Below the pieces are notes generated by a model. It made no database searches. It worked only from the letters and a program-made list of their open reading frames with translations, and was not told where the DNA came from. DNA of 64,000 nucleotides from a bacterium (GTDB lineage: Bacteria > Electryoneota > Electryoneia > Electryoneales > Electryoneaceae): contig OY769902.1 of the NCBI GenBank assembly GCA_963669175.1, forward strand, positions 1-64,000, written 5' to 3'. This document shows positions 49,005 through 58,304 of the stretch, in pieces; the stretch's first letter is position 1; each line of letters begins with the position of its first letter. The translations under genes and the position numbers were made by a program.

Positions 49005-50741
49005 ATGCGGCTTCATTTTCGTGCTAACCTGACCTGCCTGCCAGGGATAGTCCTGTTGTTCACTGTATTGTTTTCAACCGTCCCGGTATTTGCCGATTGG
49101 CCGGACACTGGCTTGCAAGTCACTCCACCGGGTTGTACAGGTCGTTACAAAGTCGTCCCGGATGGTGTGGGCGGCGCCTATATCGGCTGGTATGTCGAAG
49201 TCTCGCCCGATATGATGGGCTCTCTGGTACAACACATCGACGCCGATGGGAACATCCTGTGGGATCCACAGGGAATCTCAGCCGTAGACCCGGATTCTGC
49301 CCACAGAACAATCTTCTATGACCTGCTGGCAGATGGTGAGGGTAACCTGCTGGTACTCTCCATAGCGCGATTGCTTGATCAGGTGGGAAGTTTTTTTACA
49401 GTTCAGAAACTGTCACCATCGGGTGAACGGTTGTGGGGCGCTACGGGACGTAGTGTTACTGGAGATTCGTCATCTACAACAGATGCAGGCTTCTCAGATC
49501 CCATGGTACTGGATGAGAACGGCAATATCATTGTTATTTACATGGCGATGGATGATGACGAGCTCTTGTGCTTTTCAAGCAAGCTGGATACGAATGGAGA
49601 TGTAGTCTGGACCACGCTGCTCGGTGATCATTTTACCTCTCATGGACAGTGTGTTCCTGATGGTGAGGGGGGCGTCATTTATGCCAGGCGTGGAGTCAAT
49701 GCAGACTATGATCATGCGATCCTTGGGGCGCGTGTGGACTCCGAAGGCAACAGCGTTTGGTGGCCCAGTAACTATTATCTCCTGAACCGTCAACCGGACA
49801 ATAATGTATATCCCACACAACACTTCAAGCTGATTCCCAGGCCGTCTGGCGGGGCGCTGATGGTCGCACAGTCTTTCAGTGCATCCAATATCCCGCCTTG
49901 TGAATTTCTGTTAGTCGTCATTGAGCCGGATGGAGACTTTCCACTTGGTCCAAGAGGAGCTACGATATTTCGCTGTGACGACATGGTTGATTTTGATATG
50001 GTAATGCATGATGATATCCTGTATGTATCCCTTTACAACAGGGACAGCCCACCGGAACGTGGGCATTATGTCTTCCGAACGGATGAAAACGGAACACTCC
50101 TGGATCCGGGGGGGTACGTAGAATTCGATACAACTTCACTGCGTGGTAGTGAAGTAAGAATTGAACCAACAACAGACCATCTCCTGATCGCCTATTCGCG
50201 AAAGGTATCTCCCACCAACTCCACGCGTTACCCCCATTGCCAGGCATTCACGGCTGAAGGGAGTTTTCCCTGGGGTGCTGTTGGGCATCTGATTGCGGAT
50301 ACGACACTGCCCTATGACGGTTACCGCCTGCAAACCTGCAATGTGGGTGGCGATACGGTTTTTGTTGCCTGGATGCCTAATGAGACCAGTGTTGTGACTG
50401 TAATGCCCGTTTATCCAGACGGCAGCACACCCTGGTATGACAACCCGGTGCAGGAAAGGTCAACCGCGCCGAATCCCCAGAGTTTCCGGATAGATTCGGT
50501 TTATCCCCAACCCTTCAACCACCAGGTCCATATCTCGTTCTTCCTACCTGAACCGGACCGGGTGACCTTTACCATATACAACCTGAACGGTCAGGTTGTG
50601 CAGAACATGACACACCATTTCGAGCAAGCCGGACAGCAGGTGATGAACCTTGATTTGAAAACAACAGCAGCCGGTGTCTTCTATATAAAAGTAATCAGCG
50701 GAGATCAAAGCTGCGTCTCTAAGCTGGTGCATATAAAATAG
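49005..50741 (+). CDS. Secreted beta-propeller-like protein with T9SS-type CTD (same family as 8613-10283)
   Basis: Signal peptide; PDGxGG and QHIDADG..LW repeats; YPQPFNHQ...AGVFYI. Confidence 0.85.
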   Translation: MRLHFRANLTCLPGIVLLFTVLFSTVPVFADWPDTGLQVTPPGCTGRYKVVPDGVGGAYIGWYVEVSPDMMGSLVQHIDADGNILWDPQGISAVDPDSAHRTIFYDLLADGEGNLLVLSIARLLDQVGSFFTVQKLSPSGERLWGATGRSVTGDSSSTTDAGFSDPMVLDENGNIIVIYMAMDDDELLCFSSKLDTNGDVVWTTLLGDHFTSHGQCVPDGEGGVIYARRGVNADYDHAILGARVDSEGNSVWWPSNYYLLNRQPDNNVYPTQHFKLIPRPSGGALMVAQSFSASNIPPCEFLLVVIEPDGDFPLGPRGATIFRCDDMVDFDMVMHDDILYVSLYNRDSPPERGHYVFRTDENGTLLDPGGYVEFDTTSLRGSEVRIEPTTDHLLIAYSRKVSPTNSTRYPHCQAFTAEGSFPWGAVGHLIADTTLPYDGYRLQTCNVGGDTVFVAWMPNETSVVTVMPVYPDGSTPWYDNPVQERSTAPNPQSFRIDSVYPQPFNHQVHISFFLPEPDRVTFTIYNLNGQVVQNMTHHFEQAGQQVMNLDLKTTAAGVFYIKVISGDQSCVSKLVHIK

Positions 50742-51000
50742 GATACCCCCTGCGTTCTATACTACTTATGGCTGAATTGCCCGGTACACCCCTTTTTCGC
50801 CTATGTGCTCCCTGTGACAATAGTGAACCAGTGTGATTAAACGGAATACTCGCCCTGTTCAGCTCTTCCATTGAAACATCATGCCGTTGACCATCCCCCC
50901 AGCCAGCATGCCCCCTCCATGATCGGAAACTTCAGCTCTGATTTTTCTCTCCATTTTCCAGAGAATTGACGCAGCATTTCACCCCTTGCTTGGCCCAAGA

Positions 51001-51495
51001 TGACAATAGCAAATATTTCGATTTGATTCTTGTCATTTAATTATTGTTGTTGCACAATCATTCAACACTATTACAAAATAATACTGATTATTATCTAATT
51101 AATGCATATTATTATACGATTATATCTAGCTATTATGAGACTCCTGGAGGCATAAAAATTTGTTCTATTCATAATACCCTGTTGTTGACTGGCTATTATA
51201 ACAGTTACTAGAGTATTGATTATGCATATACTATTAGCACTATCATATTTGGTGTTATTGGTAATATTTCACCAATATCGTATTATTTCCTGAGATATAT
51301 CACAAACCAAGAATATGCAAAATTTATCTAATATACCAATTGCATAATATTTGTATTCATTATATTCATCATTTTAATATTTTATATGTTATTACAATAT
51401 GATATCAAAGGTTATTAAGATCTTATTGCAAATATTTAATTATGTTTTAGAAGTCGTATAACAAGTATTAGTGCCATTATTGTCATTTATTAAGC
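51001..51495. other. Strongly AT-rich non-coding island
   Basis: Visibly AT-rich relative to the window; no ORF in the track; lies upstream of the five-paralog array. Confidence 0.8.
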
Positions 51496-51660
51496 ATCCT
51501 GCACTGCTTCCCTGTTGATCTTACGTACATCCTGATTGCAGTAAAACTGAATTGTTGTAACTGGTTGGTTAAGACGATTCTGCCATTCGGGAATACGTTT
51601 ACTGCTCTGGCGAAAGAATGGCCTAACGGAAAGAAGCACTCATCAAAGGAGGGAAGTACC

Positions 51661-52053
51661 ATGAGGAAAACAGTCATTCTGACAGCAGTATTATTGGCCA
51701 TGTTCCTGTTGAGCACGACAGGTTACTGCTGGGTGTGGGAAGAGATTTTCCGGGAAAACACAATCCGGTTTGCCAGGGTTGATGACCACCCGACATCCGA
51801 ACCTGACCAGGCGGCATCGAAGTTCATAAGCACGGATGATGATGTCAGCGCGGTACGTCTGGCTATTTGTGACGATCATGGTTTCCCGGTCCATTATCAT
51901 GTCGTCTTTAATCCTGTGGTAAACACGGGATATGATCTCATCACCACACAGTATGATGATCTGTATGGGTACGAAGCATCCATGACCGTAACTGGCGGAA
52001 GCTTTATGGCATTTTCGCAATATGTTAGAGCCAAGATCATCTATCCGTACTGA
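51661..52053 (+). CDS. Secreted ~130-aa protein, tandem paralog 1 of 5 (unknown family)
   Basis: GGAGGG RBS; signal peptide; CWxWEE, SKF...DDDV, VHYH and AKIIYPY motifs. Confidence 0.9.
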   Translation: MRKTVILTAVLLAMFLLSTTGYCWVWEEIFRENTIRFARVDDHPTSEPDQAASKFISTDDDVSAVRLAICDDHGFPVHYHVVFNPVVNTGYDLITTQYDDLYGYEASMTVTGGSFMAFSQYVRAKIIYPY

Positions 52054-52122
52054 GCAGGCTAATACCACGCCATAGCTCACGAGCTATGGAGACTCGATGT
52101 TCAATTCCGGGAGGAAAGAACG

Positions 52123-52515
52123 ATGCGTAAAACAGTTATTCTGATCACTGTGATGGTTGCCATGTTCCTCGTAACCAGCACGGCATTTTGTTGGGAATGG
52201 GAAGAAGTATTCCGTGAAAATACAACCCGCAACGCCAGGGTTGCTGGTCATCCAACATCAGAACCTGACCAGGCGGCATCGAAGTTCTTGAGCACAGATG
52301 ATGATGTCGCAGCGGTGTTATTGGCAATTCGCGATCCCTTCGGTGTTCCCGTTCATTATCACCTGGTCTTCAACCCGGCCGTCAACACAGCTTATGACCA
52401 CTTCAGCACCCATTACGTTGATCTCTACGGTTATGATGCTTCCATGACAGTTGCAGGTGGCGGTTTCCAGGCGAATACGGAATACGTGAAGGCGAAAATA
52501 GTCTATCCGTACTGA
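52123..52515 (+). CDS. Secreted ~130-aa protein, tandem paralog 2 of 5
   Basis: GGAGG RBS; same motifs. Confidence 0.9.
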   Translation: MRKTVILITVMVAMFLVTSTAFCWEWEEVFRENTTRNARVAGHPTSEPDQAASKFLSTDDDVAAVLLAIRDPFGVPVHYHLVFNPAVNTAYDHFSTHYVDLYGYDASMTVAGGGFQANTEYVKAKIVYPY

Positions 52516-52584
52516 CAACCGTGATCCCCTCCCAACGCCTGAACATTTTGGGCTTGTGATGATCACTATTAGGAGGAAAGAACG

Positions 52585-52977
52585 ATGCGTAAAACAACCA
52601 TACTGATCACAGTTATGCTTGCCATGTTTCTCTTAACCAGCAATGCCTTCTGCTGGGAGTGGGAAGAGGTTTTCCGTGTGAATGAGATCCGCTTTGCCAC
52701 AGTTGCGGGCATCCCAACCTCTATCCCCGATCAGGCAGCCTCGAAGTTTAAAAGCACTGATGATGATGTAACCGGTGTACGGCTGACGATTTGTGACGGA
52801 GGTGGATTCCCTGTCCATTACCATTCCGTAATGAATCCGGTTGTAAATACCACCTACGATCTGGTTACAACTCACGTGGCTAGCTTATACCGGTACGAAG
52901 CTTCCATGACGGTTGCCGGGGGCAACTTCACAAACCTGAGCGAGTATGTGGAAGCAAAAATCACGTATCCATACTGA
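52585..52977 (+). CDS. Secreted ~130-aa protein, tandem paralog 3 of 5
   Basis: GGAGG RBS; same motifs. Confidence 0.9.
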   Translation: MRKTTILITVMLAMFLLTSNAFCWEWEEVFRVNEIRFATVAGIPTSIPDQAASKFKSTDDDVTGVRLTICDGGGFPVHYHSVMNPVVNTTYDLVTTHVASLYRYEASMTVAGGNFTNLSEYVEAKITYPY

Positions 52978-53047
52978 CGCAGGTATTGTCAATTCCGTGA
53001 GCATTTGATCATGGAAGTCTAAAGTTCATTTTGGGGAGAAAAGAAAA

Positions 53048-53437
53048 ATGCGTAAAACAGTCATTCTGCTAACTATCCTCCTGTCGATAGCACTGTTGAG
53101 CAACGTCGGTTTCTGCTGGGAATGGGAAGAAGTGTTTAGGGCCAACCTGGAACTATCCAGCATGGTTGGAGATCCTTCACCCGATATACCTGCTTTTGCT
53201 TTTTCGAAGTTTGAAAACACGGATGATGACGTTGACGCTGTGAAACTGGTCATTATACAGGGTGGAATGCCGGTACATTACCATATGATAGAAAATCCTG
53301 CAACCAATTTCACTTACACTCTCACCACGATCCATTTCATAGACCTGTTTGGATGCCCGGCCTATATGTCCGTATGCGGCGGTAACTTCGAGAATCCAAC
53401 AGAGTACGTTGCTGCAAAAATCGTGTATCCGTTCTAG
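53048..53437 (+). CDS. Secreted ~130-aa protein, tandem paralog 4 of 5
   Basis: Same motifs; ends AKIVYPF. Confidence 0.9.
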   Translation: MRKTVILLTILLSIALLSNVGFCWEWEEVFRANLELSSMVGDPSPDIPAFAFSKFENTDDDVDAVKLVIIQGGMPVHYHMIENPATNFTYTLTTIHFIDLFGCPAYMSVCGGNFENPTEYVAAKIVYPF

Positions 53438-53512
53438 TGAATCGATTCAACAGAAGACCCTGATTCTGTTTCATGGCCTTCTACCATCGTTTGTTGAAAG
53501 AGGAGTATTACC

Positions 53513-53899
53513 ATGCGTAACACAGCTATTGTCCTTGCCATCCTGCTGTCAATGTTCCTGATCAGCGGTTCGGCGTTCTGCTGGGAGTGGGAACAGGTAT
53601 TCACGGCCAATGCCGAGTTGATCGACATCATTACTGACAACGGGATTACGAATCCTGATCAGGCGCTTTCCAAGTTTGTCAATTATGATGATGACGTAAC
53701 AGATGTCAAGCTGGCGATTATCCACAATGGTATTTGTGTTCACTACCATGTTGAAGTTAATCCAGTCGTGAACACGGACTATTACATGATCACAACGCAT
53801 TTCGACGATCTCATCGGAAGCGAAGCTGTCATGGTCGTCGCGGGTGGAAATTTTCAGCCGCGTGAATATCTGGTTGCCAAGATCGTTTATCCTTTCTAA
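53513..53899 (+). CDS. Secreted ~130-aa protein, tandem paralog 5 of 5
   Basis: GAGGAG RBS; same motifs; ends AKIVYPF. Confidence 0.9.
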   Translation: MRNTAIVLAILLSMFLISGSAFCWEWEQVFTANAELIDIITDNGITNPDQALSKFVNYDDDVTDVKLAIIHNGICVHYHVEVNPVVNTDYYMITTHFDDLIGSEAVMVVAGGNFQPREYLVAKIVYPF

Positions 53900-54027
53900 C
53901 GAACGAACTTTTGCAGAAGTCCATGATCACGCATCATGGACTTCTGCTGTTGTTCTATCGCTCTTTCGATATGGACTTGCAGGCAGTTAACACCTGGACA
54001 ATGTCCAGGATGATTTTCGGAGTAATC

Positions 54028-55818
54028 ATGCGTATTCCGGTTCAGGTACTTGTCATCTTGCTGTCGATTTCGTTCGGAGTAAACGCCGCAGTGTTGAACA
54101 TTCCCGGCGATTACGACAAAATCCAGGATGCTGTTGACCAGGCACAGCCGCTTGATACTGTGCTCGTAGCGGACGGCATCTATCATGAACAGGTTATTGC
54201 CTGGGAGGTACCCATTACACTGGCAAGCCTGTTCCTGCTGGATGGCGACTCGAGCCATATCAGTCAAACCATCATTCATCCGGATGATTCCACCCGTTAC
54301 CAGTCAGCGCTTCGGATGGCACTTGCAGATGGTGACACGTCCCGGGTATGCGGACTGACTTTTACCGGCGGGCACCTGGACAGGATGGGGCATAATGACA
54401 GCACACGTTATGGCGGCGGGATTTATACTCATGGGGGAACAGCCTGGATCGAGCACTGTATCATCCGCGACAATGTGGCAAGGATGGGCGGCGGAATCTA
54501 TCTGGATGATGCCAATGGAATCATCACCAACTGCATTGTGGACAATAACCGTATGACAGCCGGTGGCGCAGGGATTCACATGGAGCTGTCCGAACACGCC
54601 TCCAAATCGCTTTACTCTGCTTCGATTACCCGCTCTTCGATTACTCGTAATGAACCCTACAGTATCAATGACATCAATAACAGTGGCGGTGGAATCCTCA
54701 TTACCGGTAACCGGAATGTTCACTGTGACATCATTGACAACACCATTACAGACAACAATGCGTTTGAGATGGGCGGTGGGGTACTTGTCGGGATCAATAC
54801 CGGCAACGGTACCGCTGCCAGCACGTGTACGATGACCGGAAATACAATCCATAATAACGGCGCCTGTGCATTTGGCGGTGTGGGAATTGCCGGGGATATC
54901 GTTGAGCTGAGTTTCCTGAACAACAACGTAACGCAGAACCTGGCAGCGCGTGAATGGGGGTCCGGGATTGGCCTGCTGAATAGCCCGGAAAATCCATCGT
55001 ACGAGATCGCTGGGAACCATTTCGTTGAGAACAAAGGGACTATCGGCGGAGCTGTCCTTTCTTTCGCCAACGCCCGTATCCATGACAATATCTTCATGAA
55101 CAACCAGGGACGTACTATCTCAGCAATTATTTTCTGGACCAACCCGGCGGATACTGGCAAAGTTCTTTATGTTGAACGGAATATTTTCTACGGTCAGCAA
55201 TTCGACACCGAACAACCGGACAAGTATATTGCCGCAGTTTCGCCAGCATCCGACAATATCTATTTACACCTGCACCAGAACGATTTCATCAACAATCAGT
55301 CTTACGCTTCGGGATTACATACCATTGCGCACCAGCGTCACCCCGGTGTTCTTTACGCAGAAAACAATTACTGGGGGCATGCAAGCGGTCCGTATCATCC
55401 TGAGGAAAATCCCGAAGGCCTGGGCGACACGGTACGTTCCAATATCAGCATACTTCCTTTCCTCACGGAACCGGCTACAGCCCCGCACTCAATCAAACCT
55501 ATATTCCCGGAAAACAATGCCGCGATTTCTCCTGAGAAGAATACCTTTTCCTGGACTGCGGCGATTGATCTTACAACCATGACACCGCTTACCTACACGC
55601 TGGAGCTGTCCGAAGAACCCGGTTTTTCGAATACCCGGACAATCCCGGCCGGACAGGATACAAGCGTTGTAGTGGAACAGGTTGATCCTGATCGAAAATA
55701 CTACTGGCGCGTTTATGCGGAGGACTCCTTCGGCCTGCGTGGATATTCGAAGACAGCCACCTTTGTCACCAGTAGCAGCATTGCCAATACGAGAAGCGCG
55801 ACCAGTACACATCAATGA
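54028..55818 (+). CDS. Secreted right-handed beta-helix protein with a C-terminal Fn3-like domain, no CTD
   Basis: IPGDYDKIQDAVD..DTVLVADGIY; GGGIY/NNA repeats; NNYWGHASGPYHP; YYWRVYAED. Confidence 0.85.
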   Translation: MRIPVQVLVILLSISFGVNAAVLNIPGDYDKIQDAVDQAQPLDTVLVADGIYHEQVIAWEVPITLASLFLLDGDSSHISQTIIHPDDSTRYQSALRMALADGDTSRVCGLTFTGGHLDRMGHNDSTRYGGGIYTHGGTAWIEHCIIRDNVARMGGGIYLDDANGIITNCIVDNNRMTAGGAGIHMELSEHASKSLYSASITRSSITRNEPYSINDINNSGGGILITGNRNVHCDIIDNTITDNNAFEMGGGVLVGINTGNGTAASTCTMTGNTIHNNGACAFGGVGIAGDIVELSFLNNNVTQNLAAREWGSGIGLLNSPENPSYEIAGNHFVENKGTIGGAVLSFANARIHDNIFMNNQGRTISAIIFWTNPADTGKVLYVERNIFYGQQFDTEQPDKYIAAVSPASDNIYLHLHQNDFINNQSYASGLHTIAHQRHPGVLYAENNYWGHASGPYHPEENPEGLGDTVRSNISILPFLTEPATAPHSIKPIFPENNAAISPEKNTFSWTAAIDLTTMTPLTYTLELSEEPGFSNTRTIPAGQDTSVVVEQVDPDRKYYWRVYAEDSFGLRGYSKTATFVTSSSIANTRSATSTHQ

Positions 55819-56001
55819 GGAATTAATTCGAATTGCTTGTATAATCTGAATATTCAGCAGAATGTATTTATTGAAGTATTAGATGATTACATAGCCAGGC
55901 AATGACTTGTCAGCAATTCGAGAACTACGGTAGTGGTTTCCCGATAACCCCACCGTCCAGCGTCGCCTGTTTGGCGCTCATGGCGAGTCAACGGCTGCCT
56001 T

Positions 56002-57852
56002 TTACCGCACCAACAGCAGGCGTTTTGTCAATGTCTGCACCTCTGTCTGCATCCTCACAAAATACACTCCGGACGGCAGACTATCCGCATTCCAGGCAAA
56101 TTGGCGATAGCCAGCTTGCAGTTTGCCATTGTGCAGGGTTGCCACGTGCTGTCCCAACACATTAATAACATCGAGTTCAACCACGGCCGTACGTTCCAGA
56201 TCGACCTGTACAATCGTCTGGCCATTGAACGGGTTCGGATATGAGGACAGAATCGCGAAGTCGCGCGGGACGTTCCTGCCGGATGTCCTTTCCGGAGCAT
56301 CCACAGTTCCGATAAACTGCCATCTGTCGATGACACCATCATTATCCAGATCTTCACCCGGATCAAGCAGACCGTTTCCGTTGACATCTTCCCCGTTATA
56401 GGCGACCTGCGCCCATTCGGAGTTGGTATAGAGATTCGCCCGACGCGCCTCGGAATCCGCCCCATCTCCCTGCCAACGTCCCCCAACAACCGCGAAGGCT
56501 ACATGCAGACGTTGCCCGGGAAGCAGATTCGGGTAGGGACCGTGACTGGTCAATAAAATCCAGCTCTGCTGATGATCCATGTCTGTCGGGATGTTCTCGT
56601 AATCCGGATGTCGCGTCATATGCACATAGCGTTGCTCTTCTGTGACGAGCATGGGCCAATCCTGGGGGAACATTGATCCCAGCCATACCCAGGGATGGAA
56701 ATAGGTGGCTGTTGTATCCTGGGAAGGTTCAGCGCCAAGCATGCGAACCCCCAGGTAACTCTGGGACCAGCCTGCATCGCCATCATAGTCGTACCCGATA
56801 CCCATGTTATAATCCTGGGCAAATCCCGGCATATTGTCATACCAGCTCCAGCGCCCTCCCGGACCGCCGTCATCATCATAGATATTCGTGTAGTTCATGT
56901 TCCCGATGGATGCATCTGTCCACACGCCAAACCTGGGTTGCTGAATCACATTCCCCAGCCATACGGTATCGCCAACATCGTATTCCAGCACATCCCTCGT
57001 CTCATATTCATAATAACCATACTCTTCAGCGATGAAATAATCATCCGGAATGTTGGTGATGGTATAATACAGAATGACAAAATCATCCCCGTACTCGAAG
57101 TTCCATGCATAGGCTTCCTGCACGACATGCACTCCCAGCGGCTGATGATCCGGGATATGGTATTGCTCGCCGGGAATAGTGGTGTTCGTATCGGTGTAGG
57201 CGCAGATCAGATCCTGGTGACTGACAGCGTCCGGGTGATGAAGCAGTGCGTAGTTCCGGTACGGACTGCTTGCCGACGTATCAGTCAGAATGGAACGGGT
57301 AACGATGGTATCCCAATCGGTTGTGCCGAAGCTGATAATACCGTCTTGAATGGGCGCTTCGAGAACGTCGTTAAACACGACCACACTGTCAGACGCCACT
57401 CGTGACAGGTCGAACCGTTTGTCCGCCTTGGCCAGGTGCTGAAAGATCGGGTTCCACTCGATTTGATTCGTACGAGCGACAGTGAACTCCATCCCGCCGT
57501 CATCATAATGAAAGACACCGTCATAGATCGCGGTGGACACCAGGCGTTCACCATCTTTCTGCCCACCGATCCAGATCCCGGCATAAGACAGGTGCTCTAC
57601 CTGGAAACGGGTGCTGTCTGTACGAAGCTGGTACCAGCAGGAGGGCTGCCCTTCTGTGTTAAATCCCTGCCCCAGTATCCCGATGTTGGTCACGGTCAGG
57701 CCGAGATTGCCCACGCTGGTGTAATGCAGGTAATCTTCGTCCAGGGTGGCGCGTTGCGGATGGTTTGTCCGTGGTGAGGCCGCAAGCGTGATTGAAACCA
57801 TAATCAGAAGCGAAAAGCTGTAAAGCAAATACTTCTTCAGCGTAACAGTCAT
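56002..57852 (-). CDS. Secreted protein with T9SS-type CTD
   Basis: Signal peptide; VGNLGLTVTNIG; EDVNGNGLLDPGEDLDNDG (Ca-binding-like); YPNPFN...PSGVYFV. Confidence 0.85.
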   Translation of the reverse strand: MTVTLKKYLLYSFSLLIMVSITLAASPRTNHPQRATLDEDYLHYTSVGNLGLTVTNIGILGQGFNTEGQPSCWYQLRTDSTRFQVEHLSYAGIWIGGQKDGERLVSTAIYDGVFHYDDGGMEFTVARTNQIEWNPIFQHLAKADKRFDLSRVASDSVVVFNDVLEAPIQDGIISFGTTDWDTIVTRSILTDTSASSPYRNYALLHHPDAVSHQDLICAYTDTNTTIPGEQYHIPDHQPLGVHVVQEAYAWNFEYGDDFVILYYTITNIPDDYFIAEEYGYYEYETRDVLEYDVGDTVWLGNVIQQPRFGVWTDASIGNMNYTNIYDDDGGPGGRWSWYDNMPGFAQDYNMGIGYDYDGDAGWSQSYLGVRMLGAEPSQDTTATYFHPWVWLGSMFPQDWPMLVTEEQRYVHMTRHPDYENIPTDMDHQQSWILLTSHGPYPNLLPGQRLHVAFAVVGGRWQGDGADSEARRANLYTNSEWAQVAYNGEDVNGNGLLDPGEDLDNDGVIDRWQFIGTVDAPERTSGRNVPRDFAILSSYPNPFNGQTIVQVDLERTAVVELDVINVLGQHVATLHNGKLQAGYRQFAWNADSLPSGVYFVRMQTEVQTLTKRLLLVR

Positions 57853-58026
57853 ATCCCTCTCCGAAGTAGACAGAGTCTTATTGTTAAGCTATTCAGGATA
57901 AGATTCATAGATCAAGTGAATCTTGCAAGTTAATGCAAATACTTCCACCATCGAGAGCAAAAACATGTTTTGCCCAACCCGATCCCCAGGGGATCACACA
58001 ACAAGACACTATACTAATTCGACTGA

Positions 58027-58294
58027 AAATCGGGACTGCTACTCTATTTCGCCAGCAAGAGTGCTGACGCCTGTTATCGGGGTTCGCGAAAAAACCGTGA
58101 TCATTCATTCCCAGAATAGAGATAGCGAAATAGGTAGCTGTCCCAGGATTTTCGACTTTGATACAAAATATTGCTATTCTCGTTTTATTGCCGTCATATT
58201 ATAAAAACACCCGGGATTCACAATGAATCCCGGGCGAGTGAGGTATGCAGAAACGAAAAACGGGACAGACCACTTTGGGTCAGTCCCTGTTTTT
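58027..58294. repeat. REP-like inverted repeats
   Basis: gggactgctac..tatttcgc / gcgaaataggtagctgtccc pair; cccgggattca/tgaatcccggg; gggacagacc/ggtcagtccc (also a likely terminator). Confidence 0.7.
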
Positions 58295-58304
58295 CGTTGG
58301 CAAC

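Noticed and set aside
51001-51495. Replication origin
   Set aside because: No TTATCCACA DnaA-box cluster was seen and there is no dnaA/dnaN/gidA context.
51661-53899. Calling the five paralogs lipoproteins or RiPP precursors
   Set aside because: The residue before Cys is F/Y, so this is not a lipobox and fits signal peptidase I A-x-C better. The mature domains are long and no modifying enzymes are nearby.
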